A stretch of DNA of 17,105 nt from positions 1-17,105 of the forward strand of contig JAEOTX010000167.1 in the NCBI GenBank assembly GCA_016839605.1, given 5' to 3'. How positions within the stretch are numbered: the first letter of the stretch is position 1; the number at the start of each line of letters is the position of its first letter. Shown piece after piece: positions 16,054 to 17,105 of the stretch. The DNA is from Candidatus Thorarchaeota archaeon (GTDB lineage Archaea; Asgardarchaeota; Thorarchaeia; Thorarchaeales; Thorarchaeaceae). The position numbers were made by a program, and so were the translations under genes. Under the pieces are notes generated by a model. That model was given only the letters and a program-made list of their open reading frames with translations, was not told where the DNA came from and searched no databases.

Positions 16054-17105
<1,052 letters not shown>

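Overview
Archaeal genomic window. An Asgard origin (Thorarchaeia-like) is inferred, not proven, from an archaeal 23S rRNA with an enlarged, branched ES39/H98 region, GGAGGTGA Shine-Dalgarno motifs and frequent TTG/GTG starts. Bases 1-5.7 kb hold a reductive pyrimidine-catabolism cluster in alternating orientation: a partial preA-type dihydropyrimidine dehydrogenase missed by the ORF track, an AGXT2/PYD4-like class III aminotransferase, a nitrilase-fold beta-ureidopropionase, dihydropyrimidinase, an FCY1-like cytosine deaminase and a branch-1 nitrilase. Bases 5.8-15.8 kb hold accessory genes: NIPSNAP-like, SnoaL-like, several membrane proteins (one resembling a dead M50 protease), DinB, GNAT, a zinc-ribbon membrane protein, cupin, BKACE/Kce family, class I/II aminotransferase, UbiA family and a BPL-N-like protein. 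The last ~1.05 kb is the 3' part of a 23S rRNA on the minus strand (about E. coli 1896 to the 3' end), with no 5S gene following. The most unusual feature is a 94-bp segment starting at the 23S 3' end that is duplicated 1041 bp downstream (87/94 identical, 50-bp perfect core). The two copies bracket a single co-oriented gene, and a third 10-bp copy of the junction sequence lies between them. The rRNA also has a 64-nt three-way-junction ES39 and several substitutions at normally highly conserved SRL/PTC positions. All family assignments and rRNA numbering come from motif recognition by eye, not database searches.
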